From Pseudomonadota bacterium (GTDB taxonomy: Bacteria; Pseudomonadota; Gammaproteobacteria; UBA12402), in NCBI GenBank assembly GCA_039190005.1, contig JBCCYM010000004.1, forward strand, positions 1-60,622: DNA of 60,622 bases, read 5' to 3'. The position numbers and the translations under genes are program-made. The first letter of the stretch is position 1, and every line of letters begins with the position of its first letter. Below the pieces are notes generated by a model that was given only the letters and a program-made list of their open reading frames with translations, ran no database searches and was not told the origin of the DNA. Positions 20,483 through 29,006 of the stretch are shown one piece after another.

Positions 20483-20797
20483 CTAGGTGGCGCTAGTGTC
20501 TGATTTTGCCAATTTACTGGGGGCGACAAACTGATAATAGGTTTCATTATCTTTTATCATGCCCAATTTCTGACGCGCCAAGGATTCCATGGCGGATTTG
20601 TTAGATTTTAATGCATCAATTTCGCGCGCGAGTGTTTGATTACGTTCGCTTAAACGCGCGTTGATTTGTGTCTGCCGGCTAATTTGATGTTTAAGTTGTA
20701 AGGTATGGGTCATGCCATTGGCGGAAAACCAAAGCTTATACTGAAGCAGTCCAAACAGCAGTACAAAAACAAGCAGTAGCGATTTCAACATTGACAT
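20483..20797 (-). CDS. ftsB: Cell division protein FtsB
   Basis: LQYKLWFSANG after a TM helix, coiled coil, ESLARQKLGMIKDNETYYQ. Confidence 0.9.
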   Translation of the reverse strand: MSMLKSLLLVFVLLFGLLQYKLWFSANGMTHTLQLKHQISRQTQINARLSERNQTLAREIDALKSNKSAMESLARQKLGMIKDNETYYQFVAPSKLAKSDTSAT

Positions 20798-20917
20798 TAC
20801 TTATTACCTTAACACGATAAGTTAGTAGAAATAGTTTACAGTTTTTCTCGCGAATGTCACCTTAGTTTTTGAAAAAATTGATATTTTTTATCAAAATAGT
20901 ATTTTAATAATTATAAA

Positions 20918-20933
20918 ACACAATATATTGTGG
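20918..20933. promoter_or_regulatory. NrdR-box-like palindrome upstream of ftsB
   Basis: ACACAATATATTGTGG, 15/16 match to acaCwAtATaTwGtgt, 120 bp upstream of ftsB. Confidence 0.45.
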
Positions 20934-20977
20934 CTTATCACTTATCACTTTTGCTATTAGCCATAATGTTTTGAAAT

Positions 20978-22426
20978 TTATAGCTGATTTTGGAAATCTT
21001 TAGCTGCAAAAATCCTACTATTTTGTATGATATAATAACGCGTTACAGCAATCTCTTTAAGAAAATCACTGTTATGAGAAATCACAAACATAGCGCCAGG
21101 ATAATGCTTTAACACTTGGACAACATGCGCGTAGGTCTCTAAATCCAAATTATTCGTTACCTCATCCAAAATAAGCAATTTCGGCGTCACTGCCGCGATT
21201 TGCGCCAAGCTCAGTCGCGCTTTTTCACCACCGGATAATGTTGCCACGTTGGCATTAATTTCTTCATTTTTACGAAAAAGAAAATCATTCAAATGTCGGC
21301 GCGCTTCAATGGCTGACCACAGCGGCATGCTTTCAGCAATCGTATCAAAGACAGTCATTTCCTCATCAAGTGTTTTATAGTGCTGGTCAAGATAAGCGAT
21401 ATCATTCAATTTAGGCACTACCCAGTGTCCTGTTTTTTTGACCGCGGCACACGATAAGATTGCTTTAATTAAGGTTGATTTACCACTGCCATTATTGCCA
21501 CAAATCGCGATGCGATCTTGAGCGTTTACTGATAGATTAATATCGCTTAGCACCACATGATTATCATAAGCAACACTGGCATCGCTAATTGCCACAAGCT
21601 GAGCATTGCTTACAGCCCCCTTGATCGAAAATTTAGGCACGATAACTTCCGCTAATTTTAAATCGGCAAGCTGCTGTCGCGCCATGGTTTTCTTATCATC
21701 AATCGCCGCTTTTTTTCGTCCTGATGTCATTTCTGCGCGTGTTGCTTTAGCAAAGCTAGTAACCATTGCCCATTTGCGATTAATAATATTTTTTCTTCCT
21801 TTCTTACGACTATTAGCCGCGCGTTTTTGTTCACGCATCAACATCTCATGCGTTTGTTTTTTTTGTTTATTGAGCTGCGCGATTGTTTTTTCTATCGCCG
21901 CGCGCTGACGTCTTTGCTCGACAACATAGTCATCATAATTTCCTGAGAAAACATGAATCTCACCATCGTCAATATGCCATAAACTGTCAACACAACGACG
22001 CAGCAGTTCCACATCATGAGAGACAACAATTAAACTACCATGATAGGCCTTTAACATCCGCATCAGTGATTGACGATTATGGTAATCAAGATGATTAGTC
22101 GGTTCATCCAGTAATAATAGATTAGGATTGCAACTTAATGCTTCAGTCAATTTTTTATTAAACCGTTCACCGCCACTGGCATTTAACGGTGAATCAATAA
22201 CTTGCGGCACATAAGCGCAAATAACATCATCGGGAATCTGTACAGTGCCACTACTCGGTTCAATTTTGTCTTGCAAAATTTTTAATAATGTCGATTTGCC
22301 ACTGCCATTAGCGCCGATAATGGCGATACGATTACCGTAATGCAAACTGGCAGTGAAATCAGCAAAACAGATTTTATGCGGAAAAAAGAGGCTGACTTGA
22401 TCAATTTTTATAGGTTTATGCGTCAT
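20978..22426 (-). CDS. ABC-F family ribosome-associated ATPase, ARE-like (start taken at MTHKPI)
   Basis: Two NBDs (GANGSGKST/SGGE/LLDEPTN; GNNGSGKST/LSGGE/ILDEVTN), no TM segments, long basic linker. Confidence 0.88.
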   Translation of the reverse strand: MTHKPIKIDQVSLFFPHKICFADFTASLHYGNRIAIIGANGSGKSTLLKILQDKIEPSSGTVQIPDDVICAYVPQVIDSPLNASGGERFNKKLTEALSCNPNLLLLDEPTNHLDYHNRQSLMRMLKAYHGSLIVVSHDVELLRRCVDSLWHIDDGEIHVFSGNYDDYVVEQRRQRAAIEKTIAQLNKQKKQTHEMLMREQKRAANSRKKGRKNIINRKWAMVTSFAKATRAEMTSGRKKAAIDDKKTMARQQLADLKLAEVIVPKFSIKGAVSNAQLVAISDASVAYDNHVVLSDINLSVNAQDRIAICGNNGSGKSTLIKAILSCAAVKKTGHWVVPKLNDIAYLDQHYKTLDEEMTVFDTIAESMPLWSAIEARRHLNDFLFRKNEEINANVATLSGGEKARLSLAQIAAVTPKLLILDEVTNNLDLETYAHVVQVLKHYPGAMFVISHNSDFLKEIAVTRYYIIQNSRIFAAKDFQNQL

Positions 22427-22641
22427 GATAGTTATTAAACAATTAGGGGAAACATTTCCATTAAAACTTGTTAAAGTTCTAATGCCGACCTGCTTCTTCA
22501 CCGGAAGCAATGTTTAATAACAATTGTTCACGACAGCACGTACCTCTATAAAAAATTTGGACTTAACATTCAATTAAAGAATGCTATTAATATGCCATAT
22601 GCTAACAGCATTTTAATTAAAAATCAAATTACCGTCATTTT

Positions 22642-22917
22642 TTAGCTGTTTTCTATAGCATCAGCGGCTTGAAAGGTAATCTGGTACGCCATTTCTGACA
22701 ATGTTTTTTTCTCATTGTCGCAGAGATTAAAATCGTTATAGTCCTTAAAAGCGGCGCTAATATCCGACAGCTTGTCTTTAGACGCTGATACAAAAAAATA
22801 AGCCGCGTCAAGACGTGTGAGTATATTTTCGTACGGCAATTCCCAAGCGGTAATTGTACCGGCTTTTTTGAGAGACTCGAGTTTATCTTTTACTTTATTG
22901 ATACTTTCAACGTACAT
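22642..22917 (-). CDS. Hypothetical protein (91 aa)
   Basis: ATG with GAGG RBS; globular composition; WELPYENILTR motif; family not recognised. Confidence 0.6.
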   Translation of the reverse strand: MYVESINKVKDKLESLKKAGTITAWELPYENILTRLDAAYFFVSASKDKLSDISAAFKDYNDFNLCDNEKKTLSEMAYQITFQAADAIENS

Positions 22918-23014
22918 TTTTACACCTCATATTACTCTATTAGACCTACCATAATATATAACGAGAATTTTGATTTTTTCAAGGTTTTTTATCAAATATT
23001 TATGGTATACATGT

Positions 23015-23890
23015 TTATGATTTCGATTCAAAATCAAATCTATTGCGATAATCAACAATAAATTTTTCTAAGCTTATCGGTGTTCTAGCCAATATTTTTT
23101 CTACCACAGGTGAAACACGCGCATACTCGCCATTTTTAACGCCCTGAAAAAATTGCATTGACCGCTTGGCAACGTCGGCAGATATACCATCCGTTTCTTT
23201 AGTCGCAATATATGCTTGATCCGCCAATGCTTGATACACCACTTTTCTTCTTAATACCTTAGAAAATATTGCCGCCACCTGATAATAATCCAAAGATTCA
23301 GCGCCAGTTAATTCATAACATTTATCAACATGATTGGCTTGTGTCAACACAGTCGCGGCAACATCGGCAATATCTCTAACGTCAATGAAACTTGTCTTAC
23401 CCTCGCCAGCGGGTTCTACAATTTTTTGTCGTTTGCTAATACTGGTGACAAAATTATAAAAGTTCTGCATAAACGTATTTGCTTGTAACGCTGTATAAGG
23501 TATATTTGCCGCGAGCAATAATTGATCAGCTTCATAATGATTACGAAAAAAACCAGTTTGCGTCGCGCCCATGCTTGATAACCGCGTAATATGCCGCAAT
23601 CCTTGTTTACCGCCCTGCTCGATTACCATTTTCGCGACCGCTTGTTCCAAGTCACTTCCTTGTGGGGTGATTAAAAATAATCTATCCACATTGACCAAGG
23701 CGTTTGCTAATGTTTGAGGTCGCGCGTAATCTAATAAGACACTTTCCACGCGATCAGACCAAAAAAATTTTTTAATTTTATTTGTATCTCTGATGCCAAC
23801 TCTAATTTTTACATCCTTTTGTAATAATGATTTGACAACTTCTCGCCCAACCGTACCCGTCGCGCCGGTTACTAGGATTGTTTCTTTCAT
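23015..23890 (-). CDS. NmrA-like atypical SDR oxidoreductase
   Basis: ILVTGATGTVG, FIDVRDIA, YELTGAESL. Confidence 0.88.
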   Translation of the reverse strand: MKETILVTGATGTVGREVVKSLLQKDVKIRVGIRDTNKIKKFFWSDRVESVLLDYARPQTLANALVNVDRLFLITPQGSDLEQAVAKMVIEQGGKQGLRHITRLSSMGATQTGFFRNHYEADQLLLAANIPYTALQANTFMQNFYNFVTSISKRQKIVEPAGEGKTSFIDVRDIADVAATVLTQANHVDKCYELTGAESLDYYQVAAIFSKVLRRKVVYQALADQAYIATKETDGISADVAKRSMQFFQGVKNGEYARVSPVVEKILARTPISLEKFIVDYRNRFDFESKS

Positions 23891-23910
23891 TTCTAATTTT
23901 TTCAGTTATG

Positions 23911-24171
23911 CTAATTAATCCTATTCAATATCTTTATCAATGTATCGGCGGTAAAAAGCTGAATTTTACCCTGTTTCAAATCATTCATTCTCGGCTGCGT
24001 CACATGCAGCAATTTCGCAGCTTGTTGTTGTGTAAGTTCTTTATCTTCAATATAAGCAATGACTTGATTCATTAACGCCGCGCGAGCTTTTAAATTAGCG
24101 GCTTCTTCAGCATCAAAATTTAGATCATCAAATACTGAGTTTTTAGTGATGTGTTGGATCATAATTAACAT
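23911..24171 (-). CDS. XRE-family HTH protein, HigA-like antitoxin (orphan)
   Basis: NSVFDDLNFDAEEAANLKARAALM and LTQQQAAKLLHVTQPRMNDL..GKIQLF; no toxin ORF beside it. Confidence 0.75.
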   Translation of the reverse strand: MLIMIQHITKNSVFDDLNFDAEEAANLKARAALMNQVIAYIEDKELTQQQAAKLLHVTQPRMNDLKQGKIQLFTADTLIKILNRIN

Positions 24172-24266
24172 CTTCCAAATTATCTCTCATCCAAGCTTAG
24201 CACTTTTGTTTAGTAAAACACAATTGTAAATAATAATTCTTATTTATCGAGAGATCTGTTAACATT

Positions 24267-24308
24267 ATTTACTCGTCATTCCCGCGTAGGCGGGAATGAC
24301 GAGTAAAT
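24267..24308. repeat. Collapsed single-hairpin CGTC REP
   Basis: ATTTACTCGTCATTCCCGC-GTAG-GCGGGAATGACGAGTAAAT, perfect 19-bp stem. Confidence 0.85.
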
Positions 24309-24331
24309 TGATTTATTTTCAGATTAGTAAT

Positions 24332-25603
24332 ATGTTAACAGAAGAAAATTCAACACCGACAGTAACCGTCACTGAACTTAATCAGCAGGTAAAAAGTCTG
24401 TTGGAGTCAGGGTTTGACAGTTTATGGATAGAAGGCGAGATTTCTAATTTTTCCTGTCCGGCATCGGGGCATTGGTATTTTTCACTTAAAGATGACAAAT
24501 CACAAGTCCGCTGCGCCATGTTTCGCGGCCGCAATGGCTTAGCCAAATTCCTACCGGAAAATGGCTTGCATGTGTTATTACATGCCAAAGTCAGTTTATA
24601 TACTGGACGCGGTGATTATCAACTGATTGTCGATCACATTGAAGAAGTCGGTGCCGGCGCCTTACAACGCGCTTTTGAGCAGTTAAAGAAAAAACTACTA
24701 GCTGAGGGTTTATTTGAACAACAGTACAAAAAACCGCTGCCAACTATTCCTAAACAACTCGGCATTATTACCTCGGCAACCGGCGCGGCCTTGCATGATA
24801 TTTTACATGTGTTAAAAAAACGTTGTCCATCGTTGCCGGTTATTATTTATCCCAGTCTGGTACAAGGTGATGACGCGCCGACAGCATTGATTAAAGCCAT
24901 TCAATTAGCTGACAAACGTCAGGAATGTGACGCCTTAATTATCGCGCGTGGCGGCGGATCATTGGAAGATTTATGGGCGTTTAATGATGAAACATTAGCG
25001 CGCGCTATTTTTGCCGCCACCATTCCCATTGTTTCCGGTGTCGGTCATGAAGTCGATTTTACCATTACCGATTTTGTTGCTGATTATCGCGCGCCCACAC
25101 CCTCAGCGGCAGCGGAATTCATCAGTCCCGATCAACGCGAACTGCAAAGTAATTTGAAGCGTTACTATAACACGCTTAATTATCATATGATTAACAGCAT
25201 CAGTCATTATCAACAAACCGTTGATTATCTCGAAACTCGTCTTAAACAGCAGCATCCGCAACAGTATTTACAAAATCAAAAAGAATTGCTGGCAAAAACT
25301 GTTCAAAGTTTGCGACTGGCGCAACTGCGTGTGATTGAAAATAAACAAGGGCAGTTCCAACGTTTAGCGCACAGCTTAAACACATTGAGTCCACTGGCAA
25401 CACTGTCACGCGGTTATAGCATTACTCGAAAAATAAGGACTGATAAAAAAGCGGGTGCTATTATTTATTCAACCGATGATATAAACATAAAAGATCAACT
25501 GCGGGTTAAATTGCATCAGGGTGAATTTGATTGTACTGTTTCGTCTATAACTTCGTCATTCCCGCGACCCTTCGACAGGCTCAGGGAACAATCCAGGGAA
25601 TAA
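24332..25603 (+). CDS. xseA: Exodeoxyribonuclease VII large subunit
   Basis: [54 protein letters not shown]; last ~16 aa come from a repeat. Confidence 0.95.
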   Translation: MLTEENSTPTVTVTELNQQVKSLLESGFDSLWIEGEISNFSCPASGHWYFSLKDDKSQVRCAMFRGRNGLAKFLPENGLHVLLHAKVSLYTGRGDYQLIVDHIEEVGAGALQRAFEQLKKKLLAEGLFEQQYKKPLPTIPKQLGIITSATGAALHDILHVLKKRCPSLPVIIYPSLVQGDDAPTALIKAIQLADKRQECDALIIARGGGSLEDLWAFNDETLARAIFAATIPIVSGVGHEVDFTITDFVADYRAPTPSAAAEFISPDQRELQSNLKRYYNTLNYHMINSISHYQQTVDYLETRLKQQHPQQYLQNQKELLAKTVQSLRLAQLRVIENKQGQFQRLAHSLNTLSPLATLSRGYSITRKIRTDKKAGAIIYSTDDINIKDQLRVKLHQGEFDCTVSSITSSFPRPFDRLREQSRE

Positions 25604-25702
25604 AACCACAAGCATAAACATTTTTCTCCTGGATTCCCGCCCTTCGACCCTTCGACAGGCTCAGGGCAAGCAGGCTCAGGGACCACCTGCGCGGGAATGA
25701 CG
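25554..25702. repeat. REP doublet with inserted units in both arms; overlaps the xseA 3' end
   Basis: CGTCATTCCCGCGA-CCCTTCGACAGGCTCAGGGAAC-AATCCAGG ... CCTGGATTCCCG-[nested unit]-CCTGCGCGGGAATGACG. Confidence 0.88.
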
Positions 25703-25732
25703 GGAAAAATACGGGAATTGGCGAGAAAAATA

Positions 25733-26608
25733 TCACCAACCCGCCGCTTCAGCAACGGCTTTACCTAAACCGGCAGGCGACCGTACTGTCGTTACACCAG
25801 CCGCTTCAAGTGCTTTGAATTTTTCATCGGCCGTACCTTTGCCACCAGAAATAATGGCGCCGGCATGGCCCATACGTTTACCTGGTGGCGCGGTGACACC
25901 GGCAATATAAGCGGCGACCGGTTTGGTCACATGGTTTTTAATGTAGTCAGCCGCTTCTTCTTCGGCACTGCCACCGATTTCGCCGACCATCAGAATGGCT
26001 TCAGTTTGCGGGTCTTCATTGAACAGCGCTAGAATGTCGATAAAACTGCTACCAGGAATCGGATCACCACCGATACCGACACAGCTACTTTGACCAAAAC
26101 CCAATCTTGTCGTTTGATCAACAGCCTCATAAGTTAATGTGCCTGAACGCGAAACAATACCGACTTTTCCTGGCTTATGGATATAACCGGGCATGATGCC
26201 AATTTTACATTCACCCGGGGTAATCACGCCTGGACAGTTTGGTCCAATCATACGCACATCCGGATGATTGTCTAAATAATATTTGACATCTAGCATGTCC
26301 AAGACCGGAATGCCTTCTGTAATGGTGACAATTAATTTAATGCCGGCATCAACGGCTTCAATAATTGAGTCTTTACAAAACGGTGCCGGCACATAGATCA
26401 CCGAAGCATCGGCACCGGTTTTTTCAACGGCTTCTTTAACCGTATCAAATACCGGCAAATCAAGATGGGTTTGCCCGCCTTTGCCCGGTGTCACACCACC
26501 CACCATGTTGGTGCCGTATTCAATGGCCTGTTCTGAATGAAAAGTCCCGTTTTTACCGGTAAACCCCTGACAGATAACTTTTGTATCTTTGTTAATTAAA
26601 ATACTCAT
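25733..26608 (-). CDS. sucD: Succinyl-CoA synthetase alpha subunit
   Basis: [22 protein letters not shown] (phospho-His). Confidence 0.97.
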   Translation of the reverse strand: MSILINKDTKVICQGFTGKNGTFHSEQAIEYGTNMVGGVTPGKGGQTHLDLPVFDTVKEAVEKTGADASVIYVPAPFCKDSIIEAVDAGIKLIVTITEGIPVLDMLDVKYYLDNHPDVRMIGPNCPGVITPGECKIGIMPGYIHKPGKVGIVSRSGTLTYEAVDQTTRLGFGQSSCVGIGGDPIPGSSFIDILALFNEDPQTEAILMVGEIGGSAEEEAADYIKNHVTKPVAAYIAGVTAPPGKRMGHAGAIISGGKGTADEKFKALEAAGVTTVRSPAGLGKAVAEAAGW

Positions 26609-27771
26609 GATGCTTTGACCTCACTTAAAATCTTTTCAGCCGCTTCTTGCAATTCTGTTGCCGCGATAATACTCATGCCGCTATCGTTTAATTTTTTACT
26701 GCCTAACTCAGCATTATTCCCCGCTAAACGCACCACCACCGGCACCGTCACCTGTGCTTCTTTCACTGCGGCAATGATACCGTCAGCAATCATGTCACAG
26801 CGCACAATACCACCAAAAATATTTACCAGAATACCTTGGACACTGTCGTCGGATAAAATAATTTTAAACGCCTCCGTCACCCGATCTTTGGTCGCGCTAC
26901 CGCCGACATCAAGGAAATTTGCCGGATTACCGCCATGTATTTTAATAATATCCATCGTCGCCATCGCCAAACCAGCACCATTGACCATACAGCCAATATT
27001 ACCATCAAGGGCGATATAACTTAGATCGTGATTATGCGCCTGATTTTCACGTTCATCTTCTTGCGATGGGTCACGCATACTGCGCAAAAGCGCTTGGCGA
27101 TACAAGGCATTATCATCAACGACTACTTTAGCGTCCAGGCACAGTAAATCATCATTTGGCATGATAATTAAAGGATTCACTTCAACCAAGCTTAAATCTT
27201 TATCAACAAACATTTCGCCCAGACCATTGACAATGGCAGTGAACTGTTTGATCTGCTTGCCTTGCAGACCTAATTTAAAAGCAATCTCACGCCCTTGATA
27301 AGGCTGTACACCCAGTAAGGGATCTATGATGAATTTTAAAATTTTCTCTGGCGTTTTCGCGGCGACTTCTTCAATTTCAACGCCGCCTTCGGTCGAGGCA
27401 ATGACCACAATACGTCGTGTCGCCCGATCCACCACAGCACTTAAATAAAACTCTTTGGCAATATCACAAGGATCAGCAATCAATACCCGGTTCACCGGTT
27501 GACCATTTTTATCGGTCTGAAAAGTGACCAGATGTGAACCGAGCAAACGATCGGTATGATGCGCGACTTCTTCTTTGGATTTACAAAATTTAACACCACC
27601 CGCTTTACCACGTCCACCGGCATGAACCTGCGCTTTAACCATCCAAGCTGTGCCACCGATTTTCTCAGCAATTTGCAGTGCCTGTTCAACATTATCCGCA
27701 GTTTCACCCTGCGCGATTGGTAAACCATACTCAGCAAAAAGCCGTTTACCTTGATATTCATGTAAGTTCAT
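26605..27771 (-). CDS. sucC: Succinyl-CoA synthetase beta subunit
   Basis: [42 protein letters not shown]. Confidence 0.97.
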   Translation of the reverse strand: MNLHEYQGKRLFAEYGLPIAQGETADNVEQALQIAEKIGGTAWMVKAQVHAGGRGKAGGVKFCKSKEEVAHHTDRLLGSHLVTFQTDKNGQPVNRVLIADPCDIAKEFYLSAVVDRATRRIVVIASTEGGVEIEEVAAKTPEKILKFIIDPLLGVQPYQGREIAFKLGLQGKQIKQFTAIVNGLGEMFVDKDLSLVEVNPLIIMPNDDLLCLDAKVVVDDNALYRQALLRSMRDPSQEDERENQAHNHDLSYIALDGNIGCMVNGAGLAMATMDIIKIHGGNPANFLDVGGSATKDRVTEAFKIILSDDSVQGILVNIFGGIVRCDMIADGIIAAVKEAQVTVPVVVRLAGNNAELGSKKLNDSGMSIIAATELQEAAEKILSEVKAS

Positions 27772-27795
27772 AGTTTCCCCTATTTTTATTAATGC

Positions 27796-28992
27796 TTAAA
27801 GATCAAGTAAAAATTTAGCTGGATCTTCCAACAATTCTTTAACAGTTACCAGAAAAGACACGGAATCTTTACCATCAACAATACGATGGTCGTAGGATAA
27901 TGCTAAATACATAATCGGACGTATCACAATCTCTCCATCACGTACTACCGGTCGTTCAACAATATTGTGCATCCCTAAAATCGCGCTCTGTGGTGGATTA
28001 AGAATCGGCGTTGATAACATTGAGCCGAAGACACCGCCATTGGTAATGGTAAAATTCCCACCGCTGAGATCATCCAAGGTCAATTTGCCATCACGACCGC
28101 GCGCGCCAAAATCACGAATTTGTAGTTCAATACCCGCCATAGTCATTTTATCGGCATCACGCACAACCGGTACCACTAAACCACGATCGGTAGACACGGC
28201 AATACCAATATCAAAATAATTATGATAGACAATATCATTATCATCTATTGAAGCATTGATTGCCGGAAATCGTTTTAACGCTTCGACAACCGCTTTGGTA
28301 AAAAAGGACATAAAGCCTAAACGGGTGCCATGTTTCTTTTCAAATGTGTCTTTATATTGTTGGCGCAGTGACATCACAGCAGACATATCGACTTCGTTAA
28401 ATGTGGTTAACATCGCTGTCGACTGTTTGACATTCAATAAACGCTCAGCGACACGTTGGCGCAATCGCGTCATCGGCACGCGTTTTTCTTCACGCGCCTG
28501 CATGGTTTGGGCGACATTGAGATTCGTCTGTTGCGCGGCGATTTCTTCGGTACTTAAGCCTTGCTCCGCGGCTAAACGTCGTAAAGAAGGTGATAATTTA
28601 TTGCTAGTAGCACGGATATCGGAATGCGCGCTCGCCGTTGATTTCTCAACAGTGGCGCTGGCGGGTTGCTCTTCTTTTTTTGCCGGCGCTTGTTCGCTTT
28701 TCTCAGGCGCTGGACTGGCTGGCGCCGCGCTTGTGCTTTTCTGTTCAGCAACAGCGCCTTCTTCTAACACGGCAATCACATCACCGCCATGAACGGTGGC
28801 ACCACTTTGTACGTGAATTTCTTTCAAGACACCATCAGCCGGCGCCGGCACTTCAAGGACAACTTTGTCAGTTTCCAGATCAACTAGATTTTCATCACGA
28901 CGCACGGTATCGCCAGGCTTTTTATACCAATCCATAATCGTCGCATCGCTGACTGATTCCGGTAGTGCCGGTACTTTAATTTCAGTAGACAT
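27796..28992 (-). CDS. sucB: 2-oxoglutarate dehydrogenase E2 (dihydrolipoamide succinyltransferase)
   Basis: Lipoyl ETDKV, catalytic YDHRIVDG; peripheral subunit-binding domain looks truncated. Confidence 0.96.
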   Translation of the reverse strand: MSTEIKVPALPESVSDATIMDWYKKPGDTVRRDENLVDLETDKVVLEVPAPADGVLKEIHVQSGATVHGGDVIAVLEEGAVAEQKSTSAAPASPAPEKSEQAPAKKEEQPASATVEKSTASAHSDIRATSNKLSPSLRRLAAEQGLSTEEIAAQQTNLNVAQTMQAREEKRVPMTRLRQRVAERLLNVKQSTAMLTTFNEVDMSAVMSLRQQYKDTFEKKHGTRLGFMSFFTKAVVEALKRFPAINASIDDNDIVYHNYFDIGIAVSTDRGLVVPVVRDADKMTMAGIELQIRDFGARGRDGKLTLDDLSGGNFTITNGGVFGSMLSTPILNPPQSAILGMHNIVERPVVRDGEIVIRPIMYLALSYDHRIVDGKDSVSFLVTVKELLEDPAKFLLDL

Positions 28993-29006
28993 ATTTTTTC
29001 CTCAGT

